From NCBI RefSeq assembly GCF_009914755.1, contig NC_060934.1: a stretch of 64,000 nt of DNA; one strand, given 5' to 3'. The notes beneath the pieces were generated by a model that made no database searches, was not told the origin of the DNA, and was given only the letters and a program-made list of their open reading frames with translations. Made by a program: the position numbers and the translations under genes. Origin of the DNA: the human T2T-CHM13v2.0 reference genome, Homo sapiens. Positions 25,281 to 40,961 of the stretch are shown here, piece after piece; position 1 is the stretch's first letter; each line of letters starts with the position of its first letter.

Positions 25281-26813
25281 AACATAGCAGCCATAAAACA
25301 GGATTTGTCTTGCTCCCTCTCATCTGCTATTCCAGGGCCTCAACACCAACCAGCAGCTCACCCTGCCCCTGAGGATAGCTCACGTGGGTGTGTGGGCACA
25401 TCTTCCCAGACACTGTGACAGGCCATCCTCCACCTCCCCTCCTCTGGCTCCCTGCCCACTGCCACCAAGGGTCTGATGTTTGTGCCAAGGCCTCTGCTGC
25501 CCACAAACCCCATGTGTCACCCCATGGTGCTGGGAACCACGGGGCTCTGTGGTGGCTTCCTCTCCCGCTTCCCACTCTGCCTGCTGCTCCCAGGAGCTCC
25601 AACAGTAACTGTTGTTGGAACAGTGATTGCTGAGGGACCAGAGGGTCTCCCAGTGAAATTGCCTTTTCACTTTCTATTTGAAGCCCCTCTTCTCCAGAAC
25701 GTTGGCACAAATCCATGAGGACTTGATTGAGAACAGATCCCTGCATCTCCAAGTGGGAGGCATTGGCTCTGAATCTAGCCTGTGGCCTTGGTTCTTTCTT
25801 CTTTGTTGATGTTTTTTTCCTCCTTAGTTCCTCAGCCAAACAGACCCTTGGTAATAATTCTATGAAAGATGTAAGGGGAGAGGAGGGAGAAGAAGGGTGA
25901 AAGCATGCAGCCTCTAAGTTTCGAGAAAGAAACATTTTGCCCAGCCACGTTGGCCAGCACATGCTCCAGGGAAAATGGAAGACAGAATGAACCTCAGAGG
26001 GTATTGGTGCACAGAAGCCGCACGGACCTTCTAGGAGAGTGTGGTTCAGGCATGGGTGCAACTGAGAGGTCAGAAATGAAGACACTGGGCTGAGTCAGAG
26101 GGACTTGTAGGAAAGAGAAGAAGATAACACTCCAGGTCTCAGGCCTTGAGTACCATGCCAAGCAGCTGTTGACAACAAATCCAGTTCTAGGAATCTCTCC
26201 AACACCCCTATTCACACATGTCCTGTGGCAGTTGTACTCCAAGCCTGGTTCATCTACCATTCCAGCCATGATCTTCCTTGTCTTCCTCTACAGCTGAGCC
26301 TATAAAATGAAACCTATCTATCCCCAGCCTCCTTTAAGCCTCAGATCGCCATGTGCACAGTCTGGCCATTTGAATAGAAACAGTTCCTGTGAAGGGGGCT
26401 TTTCCTCCATCCTCCCCACCCAGCCCCCAAATGCAGTGTCTCAAAAGAAGAAAGTGTTTGGCTTGACTCTTTTACCTTTGGGCATCTTCCTTCCTGGCTG
26501 AAATACAGGTGCAGCCAAGATATGTCAACTGACTTGTGACCAGGAGGACCAAGCCACACCCTAGGAGGGCAAAACAGAAAAAGGCTGCTTCCTTCCTAAC
26601 ATCTGTTGGCGGCAGCCCCAGCCCTGGACTGTCTACCGGCAGATGTCCTGTTACCCTGACAAGAAGGAAGAATGGAAGGGAGGCGGGAAGGAAGGAAGAT
26701 CCAAGGACAGAGGGAAGAATTATGTTGAAAGATTATAATTGGATTGTTTATTACTTGCAGGAAAATGCATTGCCAGACACCGTAGGATCATTTGTAATAT
26801 CAAAAAAACTGGA

Positions 26814-27108
<295 letters not shown>

Positions 27109-27262
27109 TTAGAAATAATTGATATGGAAGTGGTAACATAAATTACGAGCCATCCACGATATAAAATACTATGTAGTGATGAAGTACACACATATATAGA
27201 GTGACATGGAAAGATCCCTGGGCCACACTGTCAAGTGAAACAAACCAGTCTACAGAACAATC

Positions 27263-27599
27263 CAGGTGCTCCTTGACTAACAGGGGGTTGCGTCCCAATA
27301 AACACATCGAAAGTTGAAAATATTGTAAGTTGAAAATACATTTAGTCCACCTAACCTACTGAACATCTCAGCCTGGCCTACCTTAAACGTGCTCAGAACA
27401 CTCACATTAGCCTATGGTGGGGCAAAATCATCTCGTACAAAGCCTATTTTATACTAAAATGTTGAATATCTCATGGAATTTGTTGACTAGCGTACTGAAA
27501 GTGAAAAGCAGAATGGGTGTTCAAAGTATGGTTTCTGTGAAATGGGTATCACTTTTATACCATCATAAAATAAAAACACTGTAAGTTGGGGAACGTCTG
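27263..27599 (+). mobile_element. MER47A (Tigger-family) DNA transposon
   Basis: caggtgctcc...cctaacctactgaac...ccttaaacgtgctcagaacac...gtctg, inserted in an L1 fragment. Confidence 0.8.
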
Positions 27600-28676
27600 T
27601 ATATAGTATTGACCTGCTTATGTGATTTTTTAAATTATGCGTGTACATATATATCCCTATGCATCTAACTATGCATCTAGATAGAAGGAGAAGTATATAT
27701 ACCAACTGTTAACAATGGTTATTTCTGGGATTGTGGGAGAGTAGGGATGGGCTGGGGTGAAGAGGGCTTTCATGAAAACTATAGAGTGAAAAACTCTATT
27801 GTTCTGAGGGAAAAGCAATTAAAAAGCATAGTGTTGGTTTCCTCCCTTCCCCTTTGGTAATTAATTTCTTCTGACCCTGAAGAGAAGACAATGTCTTGGG
27901 AGATCATCCTCTAGATGGCTTTGACTCTAGACTTCCAAACACCCACCTTCCACCATAGAAAGAAAGACCCATGGCTGTGTGGACAGGGAACCCATCTGAA
28001 CTGCCACATTGATGCCATTAATGCTGGGCTTCTGCCCTTCCTTCTGGAAACCTAGAAATGGAGATCTTATACTTCAATCAAACCAGCAATTGGGCCATTC
28101 AAATAACTGCTTTTATGATACCCCAAATCCAGCCAAAACACTCCCACCCCATTCTGGTGGATGGCTCTCCACCATCCTGGCAAACCTGGCCCACACAACC
28201 TGCTACCAGTAACGCTGGGGGAAATTTTCTTGGACCCCAGCTCTCTCTTCCTCTCCTGAACTGGCAGTCTAAGTCAAGAATATTCCCTGTCACTTCTCCA
28301 CAGCACCAGGAAGGGGCCTGGGGGGAGGAATGTGCCTGACTTTTTGGGCTCTGCTAAGTGTGGGTCTGTCTGATGCCATGAATGGGCCGAATGGACGTGG
28401 CCTAAGCATTACACAGCTCCTCGAAGGGATCACTGCTGTGTAATTCACACCACAATGGGCATGAGGGAGAGCATTTTCAAAAGTGGTTCCAATTAATGAC
28501 TGTCCAGGGACATTCACAAGGCACAGGTCCCTGAGCACAGAGCCCTGGCTGGCATGGTGAGGTCCCACGGTGGTGAGACCATTGCAGAGGCCCATTGAGG
28601 GGAAAGAATCCACACGGACACTCATGGCTAGAGCTAACTGAAACCCTTCAGAAGCATTATGTTAAGGAAGTGCAAA

Positions 28677-28981
<305 letters not shown>

Positions 28982-29788
28982 TAGGAAGTGCAAATTAATA
29001 ATGGTGCACAGAAGTTGAAGAGAGGGGTGGGAGCAGACAATTTCATTTCAAAGTCGGCACAAGGTCCTGTGAGAGAAGGACAGAACTGAGGTGGCCCCTG
29101 CACAGCAATCTTAGAGGCACGGGGACGGCCTCTGGGTAACCACTCTCAGCCTGGAACTCACCGGAGAATGAGGGGACACCACAGAGTCCCCTCTCAGTGG
29201 ATTTCCTGCATCTTACAGCCAAGTCCCACTTCAGCCCAGTACTCCATCCAGGAAGCCTTTCCTGGCTACCTACTGTGCAAAACCTTGAGGTGGGAGATGC
29301 AGAGGGCCCCTTGGTGCCTGTGCACCCAGGCAAGGGGCACTGCTCAGCCCCGCAGCAGCCCTGGGGGAGCTGTCACCGGCAGAGCAACTGCAAGGACCAG
29401 GGAGCTCTGCATAGAGGAAGAACGACAATGCCACAAACAATAGCTGAGCACAGGTAGAGCGTGACCAGGGAGAGCGCGGATGCTGGCGCAGGAAGGCTCT
29501 GAGGAAGGCTGCACACACAGGATGGCCCTCTCCAGCTTCACGTCCTCAGGGTTACAGATACAGCCGGGGCTGGTGGTCACAGCAAGCACCCTCCATCCTC
29601 TGCTCTGCTCCTAAGGGCCCCTTCTGATGTCCAGCCTGGGGCCTTTGCTAGGTCAGAGCCAAGGGGATCCGTGGGAAGCATGTGATGGGGCAGGGCAGAG
29701 GGCTGGGGCGAGGGTGGAGTTCAGCACAGGAGGTGTGTCACAGTTGGGGCGTAGTTGTTAAGTGTGGCCTCATGTGTGTTAAGTGTCA

Positions 29789-30239
<451 letters not shown>

Positions 30240-30365
30240 TCTTAAATTCCTTCAAGAACAATTTCAGGTATCTAGCTGGCCCTAAAAAATAAATAAACAA
30301 CTTAAAATTCCAGGTACCCAGCTAGCCTTAAAAAATAAACAATTCAGGAAACAAGAAGGTAATAG

Positions 30366-30942
<577 letters not shown>

Positions 30943-31344
30943 TGATCTGAAATTTTTAGACAAAACTTTGTCTCCCTAACCAATTGCAAATCAGAAAATC
31001 CTTAAATCCACCTATGGCCTGTAGGCCCCCCTGCCTGGAGATGTCCCCACTTTTTAGTTCAATGCAATGGATAGCTGCCTTGTATTGATTTATGACTTTG
31101 CCCATAACCTCTGCCTCCCTGCCTTTAAAAAGCCTAACCTGTAAGCCCTCTGGGAGGTTGGGACTTAAGTGTGAGCTGCCTGGTCCTCCTTGCTTGGCAC
31201 CCTGCAAATAAAAGCCTTCCTTTCTCCTGCTGCAAACCTCGGTGTAGATATCTGGTCTTACTGCACTGGGGCAAGGTATAACAGGAGTGCAGTGTTGTGT
31301 ATGGGGTAGGAGCTGTATTGTGGTGTAGTGTCCTGTGTCATGTA

Positions 31345-32243
31345 GGAGCTGAGTCCTGGTGTAGGGTCATGCATAGACTAGGAGCTGATTCATGGTGTAG
31401 GGTCATGCACGGATTAGGAGCTGAGTTGTGGTATAAAGTCATGCATGGATTAGGAGCTGAGTTGTGGTGGAGGGTCATGCATGGATTAAGAGCTGAGTTG
31501 TGGTAGAGGGTCATGCATGGATTAAGAGCTGAGTTGTGGTGTAAGGTCGCACATGGATTAGGAGCTGAGTTGTGGTATAGGGTCATGCATGGATTAGGAG
31601 CTGAGTTGTGGTGTAGGGTCATGCACGGATTAAGAGCTGAGTTGTGGTGGAGGGTCATGCATGGATTAGGAGCTGAGTTGTGGTGGAGGGTCATGCACGG
31701 ATTAAGAGCTGAGTTGTGGTGGAGGGTCATGCACGGATTAAGAGCTGAGTTGTGGTGTAGGGTCATGCATGGATTAAGAGCTGAGTTGTGGTATAGGGTC
31801 AAGCATGGATTAGGAGCTGAGTTGTGGTGGAGGGTCATGCATGGATTAAGAGCTGAGTTGTGGCATAAGGTCGCACATGGATTAGGAGCTGAGTTGTGGT
31901 GTAAGGTCGCACATGGATTAGGAGCTGAGTTGTGGTGTAGGGTCATGCATGGATTAGGAGCTGAGTTGTGGTGTAGGGTTATACATGGATTAGGAGCTGA
32001 GTTGTGGTGTAAGATCATGCGCGGATTAAGAGCTGAGTTGTGGTGTAGGGTCATACATGGATTAGGAGCTGAGTTGTGGTGTAAGGTCGCACATGGATTA
32101 AGAGCTGAGTTGTGGTGTAGGGTCACGCATGGATTAGGAGCTGAGTTGTGGTGTAGGGTCATGCATGGATTAGGAGCTGAGTTGTGGTGTAGGGTCATGC
32201 ATGGATTAGGAGCTGAGTCATTGTATAAGGTCATGCATGGATT
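31345..32243. repeat. 36-bp minisatellite (VNTR), 25 units
   Basis: Unit GGAGCTGAGTTGTGGTGTAGGGTCATGCATGGATTA with exact 36-nt period from 31345 to 32209. Confidence 0.97.
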
Positions 32244-33569
32244 GCTGAGTCGTGGTGTGGTGTTGGGTGGAGTCTGGTTGCCACTGCATTGCACTATATC
32301 ATGGTGATCCCAGAGCTGCCCAGGAATGCCATTCCCCTCCCCCTTCTCCTCCCAACTCCTTCCCACCTCCAACCCCCTCGCCAACCCTGGGAGGCTGCAA
32401 TGATGCTATTTGCTAAGGAGGGTTGGAGGGCCATTCAAACATGGGACTGAGGGGGCCACACAGATCTCCCTCCCTCATCCTGGGCCACTTCTCCTGTCTT
32501 GAAGCCCCGAGGAAGCTGAACTCACCCATCAGTCTCTCTCATCCGTTGGCCACCTGCTGTCCCCACCCACCCACCAAACTGGTGCTTTTAATGGAATCAG
32601 CTTTAAAAAGAAAAAAATCCTCCAAGTAACAAAGCACCCTATAATTATTCCGCAGCTCCTTGTCCTCGGTAATTTTAGGCTTGTGCTGCTATCATTACAC
32701 ATTACATGGAGTTAGGGAGTCATAGCTCTTGTGTGGCCAATCAGTGATACATCTGCAGGATTTCCAAATGGAAGGGAAAGTCCAGGCGCATCCTGGTGGA
32801 TGGGCTGATGGGGCCTTGATGACTGCGGCTCCTCCAGACCCCAAGCACACACGGGAGTGCCGGTGCCTCCAGGGAGGGCCAGCAGGAGGCGCTGGGGACA
32901 AGTGTGCACTCGGTGCCCACAGGGCACCAGGCCCTGGTTTATTCAAGAGCACAGTGTGTAGAACCCCACTCCCCTCCCCACACCTCCAATCTCAGCCTCC
33001 CGTCCATGCTCGCCTCTGCAAATGGCTCAAATCCCTCCAGCTTCTCCTCCTCTCCATTGAGCTCGCTCTGTCCCCAGGCCTCCCCTGGAACCCTGATCCA
33101 GCCCTCCCCTGGCCTGCCATGGTCATATGTCCTTCTCACAAGCCTCTGGTGATTTTTTTTAGAGGCGAATCTGCTAATACCACTTCCTGCTTAGTGTTCT
33201 TCACCGGCTTATCACTGCCTTCAGGAGAAAATTCAGAATCCCTGCAGAGGGGATTCGCCGCCAACCGTGCTCCTCCTGACTTCATCAGGAGGGCAGGAGG
33301 GATAGATGGGTGCAGTGAAGGTGGGACTCCCCAGGGAGGAAGGCTGGGGAGGGGAGGCGGATGCTGGAGCCGGCCCAAGCCCAGGCTGCCATCACCACAC
33401 CGTGTACTCAGGGCCCTGGCCTCTTTCCCTGGCAGGAGGTGTGGGAGCTGCCTCAGGTATCTTAGGTGGGGCTCGAGACTTCTCAGCCCTGCCTACTTCC
33501 TCACTTCCTCACTTCTTTGCTCCCTTTTTAGCAAACGATCAGGAAACAACCATAAGCATTCTCCGTTGA

Positions 33570-33731
33570 GCAGCCCATGACACTGCTCTGCCTACGGAGT
33601 AGCTGTTCCTTTTGCTTCTTGACTTCCTTTACAAACTTGCTTTCACTTTACGGCCTTGCCCCAAAGTCTTTCTTGCATGAAATCCAAGAATCCACTCTTG
33701 GGGTCTGGATCAGGGCCCCTTTCCAGTAACA
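33570..33731 (+). mobile_element. MER41 LTR 3' fragment
   Basis: ctgctctgcctacggagtagc...aaacttgctttcacttta...cttggggtctggatc...taaca. Confidence 0.8.
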
Positions 33732-33769
33732 AACCCATTACACCTACTATGGCAAAATCATGCCGGATA

Positions 33770-33930
33770 TTTACCTATGTCACGCAATCAACTTTGAGTC
33801 ATGGTTCTTATCTTCAATATTCAACAGGGAAACTGAGGCTTGAAGAGACTGAGTAATCCCCAAGACCACACAAGTGCTGGGTCTGTCACCAGCATCTTGC
33901 TCATCTTACTCCACTGTGCTGTCACTAAAA
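33770..33930 (-). mobile_element. MIR SINE
   Basis: acagggaaactgaggct...caagaccacacaag. Confidence 0.55.
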
Positions 33931-34085
33931 TGTAGTCCTTCCCAGGATGGTGTCCACAGCAGGGGAAGTGGCCCAAGCTCTGCCCAGCTCTCTCACCATG
34001 GGCCTTGTCCAGGATCTGTGTCTGAATTGGGGGAAGAGGAGGGAACAGCCTAAATGACTGAATATTATATAAACCTGGATGACAG

Positions 34086-35291
34086 TGAAGGAAATCAAAA
34101 CATTTTCTACTCCAAAATATATTTCTTTGACATATTTTGAGATAGCTGTCAGAGGGCCAGCTCAATGAAGCAGCCCTGCAAAGCTGTCTTTTTTGGGGAA
34201 AATGTGCATCTGTAGAAAAGTCTGCAATGATGCAGCCAGACCTTCCCTTGTCTAGAACTACAAAAGATGAACTGAGAGACTGAGACCTTTAAACGTCAGA
34301 AAGAAACATTTCCCATCTATTCTCTCTGGGGGCTGCTACCTGTGAGCTTTCATCTACATAATAAGACCGGCTTTGCTAGCCAGGCCTTTTCTTCTCCCCC
34401 TTCCATAACCATCTGGCCACTATAACCTGATTTACCACTATTTTTGACCATGCTCTGAGCCCACATTCCTTCTGTAACTTCAAGATGGTATACAAGCTTC
34501 ACAATGGAGGTGGTCTTCCAGATGTTATATGAGCTTCTGCATGGGGGTGGTCTTCAAGATGGTATACAAGCTTCTGCATTGGGGGTGGTCTCCAAGATGG
34601 TATACAAGCTTCTGCATGGGGGTTGGTCTTTAAAATGGTATACAAGCTTCTGCACCGAGGTGGTCTTCCAGATGGTATATGAGCTTCTGCCTTGGGAGTA
34701 GTCTTTAAGATGGTATACAAGCTTCTGCATTGGGGGTGGTCTCTAAGATGGTATATGAGCTTCTGCCTTGGGGGTGGTCTCCAAGATGGTACACAAGCTT
34801 CTGCATTGGGGGTGGTCTTCCAGATGGTATATGAGCCTCTGCATGGGGATGGTCTTCCAGATGGTATACAAGCTTCTGCATTGGGGGTGGTCTTCAAGAT
34901 GGTATACAAGCTTCTGCATTGGGGGTGGTCTTCAAGATGGTATATGAGCTTCTGCCTTGGGGGTGGTCTCTAAGATGGTATATGAGCTTCTGCCTTGGGG
35001 GTGGTCTCCAAGATGGTATACAAGCTTCTGCATTGGGGGTGGTCTTCCAGATGGTATATGAGCCTCTGCATGGGGATGGTCTTCCAGATGGTATACAAGC
35101 TTCTGCATTGGGGGTGGTCTTCCAGATGGTATACAAGCTTCTGCATTGGGGGTGGTCTTCATTCTGAAGGCTCCCGTGCACATGTTAACCATAAATGTAT
35201 ATGCCTTTTCTCCCATTAACTTGCTTTTTGTGAGTTGATTTTTCAGCAAACCTTCTGAGAGTGAAGGAGAGGCCTTCTTTTTGCCCCTACA
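34086..35291 (+). mobile_element. ERV1 solo LTR (MER34/MER39 group) with internal minisatellite
   Basis: tgaaggaaatcaaaac...gcccctaca; perfect 4-bp TSD ACAG. Confidence 0.85.
34478..35160. repeat. 37-38-bp minisatellite, 18 units, inside the LTR
   Basis: Unit ~CTTCAAGATGGTATACAAGCTTCTGCATTGGGGGTGGT. Confidence 0.97.
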
Positions 35292-35574
35292 ACAGAAAGC
35301 AGAAACCACAGGGAAGCTGGCTGCAAGAGTCAGACCTCCTCTGCTAGCTAGGTAGGAGAAAGTCCATGACAAAGTCATGGCCACAAAGGTCTTATCTTTG
35401 TAGAGGCTGAAGGCAAAGAGAGAGCATTTTCAAAGGGTTCCCTTCATTCAAACCACCATTGAGCTCAACTGTGTGCAGGGCACTGTTTTGAGTCCTGGTT
35501 TTAAGAAAAAGCACATGGCCTTGGAGCTTTAAAGAGGGGTCAGTCCTCTGGCTGCAATATGAAGAGCAGATTTA

Positions 35575-36248
<674 letters not shown>

Positions 36249-36899
36249 TTATGGTGATGTCCTCACAGAAAGAGAAACAACGGTGGTTCTCGGGGAACAT
36301 CCTGGCCATAGGGACCACACAGAAGGAAAATGTGCCTGGACTAGAGCTTTCTCGACATGTGAATGAACCTCAAGGACAAAAGCTAACAGCATAGTTGGCC
36401 CAGAGAAAATCCGGTGACAGAGGCGTCAGGTAACTTGTTAAGCATCCCCACTCCTCATCCGCCATCTTGGGCTTCACTTCGAGGGCGAATGCCATGGTCT
36501 TTGACGGGAGAATTGACAGTGGTTCTCCGTGACTGCAGCCTGGAGAATGCCGCTGTGCATGGCTGATCTCGGGAGTGCACGATGAGGTCAGAGGCTCTGG
36601 ATCTATCTGCAAATGTGTGAGGGTGACCTGGGCTGCTGGAGGGTCCCCAGGGAACACAGCCTCATTCCTTGGGTTCAGCTCTAGAGTCCCTACGTGTTCT
36701 CTGGAAGAAGCCACACACCACCTCCTACGTTTCCCAAGGAACAAAGGGAGGGAAAGGTTTTGCCCAACCAGTGAGCCATAGTCAGGAGCCCATGGGTGCT
36801 GTCCGTACGGTGACTCAGGTATTGGGTGGGATGAAGGTTGGGGAACCTATGGGTCTTCCCTGAGGCTTTCCTTCAGAAAGCCAAAGACATTCTTCTTTC

Positions 36900-37209
36900 T
36901 CTATTTTTTATCTTATTATTATTTTTTAGACAGGATTTCACTCTTGTTGCCTGGACTGGAGTGCAATGGTGTGATCTCGGCTCACTGCAACCTCCGCCTC
37001 GCAGGTTCAAGCAATTCTTCTGCCTCAGCCTCCTGAGTAGCTGGGATTACAGGTACCCGGCACCACGCCCAACTAATTTTTGTATTTTTAGTAGAAACGG
37101 AGTTTCACCATGTTGGCCAGGCTGGTCTCGAACTCCTGACCTCAGGTGATCTGCCTGCCTCAGCCTCCCAAAGTACTGGGATTACAGGTGTGAGCCACCG
37201 CACCTGGCC
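36900..37209 (-). mobile_element. Alu (AluSq-like)
   Basis: Antisense dimer. Confidence 0.95.
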
Positions 37210-37211
37210 CC

Positions 37212-37520
37212 TTTTTGTTTTTTTTATTTTTAGAGACAGGGTCTCTGTCTGTCGCCCAGGCTGGAATGCAGTGGTGCAAACATAGCTCACTGCAGCCTCG
37301 GCCTCCCAACCTCAAGTGATCCTCCCATCTCAGCCTCTTGAGTAGCTGAGACTACAGACACTCACCACCATGCTCTGTTAATTCTTAATTTTGTTTTTAG
37401 AGACAGGGTCTCTAACAGGGCAAGTATGTTGCCCAGGTTAGCCTTCAACTCCTGGCCTCAACTGATCCCCCTGCCTGGGTCTCCCAAAGAGCTGGAATTA
37501 CAGGTGTGAACTACCACACC
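37212..37520 (-). mobile_element. Alu (AluJ-like)
   Basis: Antisense dimer adjacent to the previous Alu. Confidence 0.9.
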
Positions 37521-37642
37521 ACTGAGCCGGCCTCCTCTTGGGACCACTGGTTGACCCAAGACAGTATGTGAGACACACCCAAGGAGCGGTTGTATAGAAG
37601 CTACAGGAGAGGCTCACAGGAGGGGAAGAGCAGTGGAGGTAA

Positions 37643-38002
<360 letters not shown>

Positions 38003-38240
38003 TGAGCTAGATTTTGAATTATGATTCCCAGTGGTTTCTACTTAGACATTAGAATCATTTCTTCCTTCCTTACCTGGTCGTTCATATTCTGTCCTCTTTG
38101 TGGGCACCTTTGATCTTCTTAATTTCCAAACATTGGCAGCCCCGGGGCTCAGTCCTCAATGTTCCTCCACACTCCATTGGTGCCCATTCCTCTGATGAGT
38201 GAAAAATCACCCACAAATAGACAACTCCTGACTGATATCT

Positions 38241-38537
<297 letters not shown>

Positions 38538-38665
38538 AGATCTCTCTTCCCAAGTCCAGACTTGAATATCTGACTCCTCATCAACAACTTCACTAGGATT
38601 TTGGGCACCTTTCAAACTTCTGTCAAAACTTGATATCTGATCCTTCCTTTTAGTTAATAACAACA

Positions 38666-38976
<311 letters not shown>

Positions 38977-39425
38977 TTACTAAGCCCAAACACCTAAGCA
39001 CGGGACTCCTTTTCTCCCAGCTGCCATCACATGTGTCACCATGTCACACTGGTGCTGCTACTGTTACCACTGTGCACAGAGTAGCCATCATTTCATGCCT
39101 GGACTCCTGCCATAGCCTCTGAGCAGACTCCCCGCCTCCCCTCCTGCCAGGGTGTCACCTGGTCTGCACCATGCGCTGTCCTGGTCTCCCGCCCCCGTCC
39201 TTGCTGCTCCTCCAGCAGTCCAGCACCTCCCACCGCCACTGCTCCCTCCACAGGGAACACCCTTTCCCCCGGAAGCCACGGGCTCACCCCAACCTCCTTC
39301 AATCATCCTTTGTTCAGATCCTCCTTTGTTCAGATCCTCCTTTGTTCAGATGTCACCTTCTCAAGAAGACCTACCCAGACCCATCTTCCAAAAATTAAAA
39401 CACAGCACTCCGCATCCCCTGATAG

Positions 39426-39597
39426 CAGTGATGTGCTGGTGAATGTTTAACAACCAGCTCCCAGCAGGGAGCCCTGAGGCATAGCCACGGCTGATCTCTC
39501 TGGGGTAAGCAGTCCCATCACCCATCACGGCAGATTTCCAGTGACCAACATGAGCTCACCGCAAAGAGATGCATACAGCGGGCACCAGCACACGCTG
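39426..39597 (+). mobile_element. MER63A-like hAT element
   Basis: cagtgatgtgctggtgaatgtttaacaaccagctc...ccagcacacgctg. Confidence 0.75.
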
Positions 39598-39778
39598 CTG
39601 AACCCTGCTGTGTTTCTCTATACCACGATCTCACCTTCTCACAGATGCAGAAATTTACATATTAATTATATTACTGTTTATTGTCTGCCTTCCCCCACTT
39701 GAATATAAATTCCACAGAGACTGGCTAATTGAGCTTGGTTTTAGTTTTTATTCCCTGATAGGTCCCAGGCATCTAGAG

Positions 39779-40298
39779 CAAGAGTTAGCAAACTCCACCT
39801 GGAGGTCAAATCTGGCCTGTAGCCTGTTCGCGGGGTTTTAGTTTAAAGAGACAGAGTCTTGCTATGTTGCCCAGGCTGGTCTCAAATTCCTAGGCCCAGA
39901 GGAGTGGAAGACATGGATCCCGCCCTCTAAGACTTGGCGCAGAGACACAGGGAGAGAGGCAGAGATGGTGACGAGCAAATGTGCCAAAACGGCACAAAAT
40001 GAGAACTCAGTCCTTGTGGGAAGAGGAGCACAGTGGTTCTTGGGGAGGTTTCTAGGGCAGGATCCTCCCCAGATCAGCCTCCCAAGCAGCTGGGACTATA
40101 GGCATGCACCACTGCGCAGGCTTGCAGCCTATTTTCATAAACAAAATCTTGTTGAAGGAAGCCACACTCACTTGTTTACGTGGTGTCCGTGGCTGCTTTG
40201 CATTACAATGGCAGCAGGGTTTTGTGATGGATACCATACGGCCAACACCCTAAATACTTACCACCTGGCCCCTTACAGAAAAAGCATGCTAACCCCTG
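39779..40298 (+). mobile_element. MER58A hAT MITE interrupted by a FLAM
   Basis: gagttagcaaact...caaatctggcc / ...tggccccttacagaaaaagcatgctaacccctg. Confidence 0.75.
39836..40121 (-). mobile_element. FLAM (Alu monomer) split by a ~160-bp non-Alu insert
   Basis: Antisense FLAM stops at ...cctaggcccag (39899) and resumes at gatcctccc (40061). Confidence 0.8.
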
Positions 40299-40408
40299 AC
40301 TTGGAGGAGCGCCGGGTACAAAGTAGGCTCTCGATAAATATTTGTTGTATAAATGGCTGAAAATCACACAGAAAACCAATGTGGAGACTTTTCTCCTCAA
40401 ATCATGCT

Positions 40409-40961
40409 TGTCCTAGTGTGTTCAAGCTGCTATCACAGAATACCAGCCAGGTGTGGTGGCATGCACCTGTGGTCCCAGCTACTTAGGAGGCTGAGATGGG
40501 AGGATCGCTTGAGCCCAGGAGTTCGAGGTTGCAGTGAGCTATGATCACACCTGTGAATTGCCACTGAACTCCAGCCTGGATGACAGAGCAGTATGCAAGA
40601 CCTTGTCTTCCAAAAAAAAAAGAATGCCGTAGACTGGGTGGCTTGTGGCTTATGAACAGCAGAAATTTATTTCTCCTAGTTCTGGTGGCTGGGCTGGGAA
40701 ACCCAAGATTAAGGCACCAGTAAATCTGGGGTCTGGTGAAGACTCACATGGATACTGGTCTTCTCAGTGTGTCCTCATATGATGGCAAGGGTGAGGCAGC
40801 TTCCTGGGTCCTCTTTTATAAACTCACTAGTCCCATCATGAAGGCTCTGCCCTCTCATTACCTAGTTACCTCTCAAAAAACCCTCCTTCTACCTCCATCA
40901 CCTTGAGGGCAAGGATTTTAGTGTATGAATTTCAGGGGGACACAAACATTCACCCACAGCA
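40409..40961 (-). mobile_element. MLT1A-type LTR with inserted FRAM (40445-40621)
   Basis: MLT1 body continuous across the monomer; TSD agaat(a/g)cc. Confidence 0.8.

Noticed and set aside
25327-26085. 252-aa minus-strand ORF
   Set aside because: No recognisable homology or exon structure
31338-32384. 348-aa (-) and 264-aa (+) ORFs with 12-aa repeats
   Set aside because: By-product of a stop-free 36-bp VNTR unit; no splice or promoter context
32729-33580. 283-aa ORF
   Set aside because: Non-ATG start, low-complexity GC-rich composition, no recognisable domain
31345-35160. CRISPR-like appearance of the 36-38-bp repeats
   Set aside because: Head-to-tail tandem units without unique spacers, primate DNA, no cas genes
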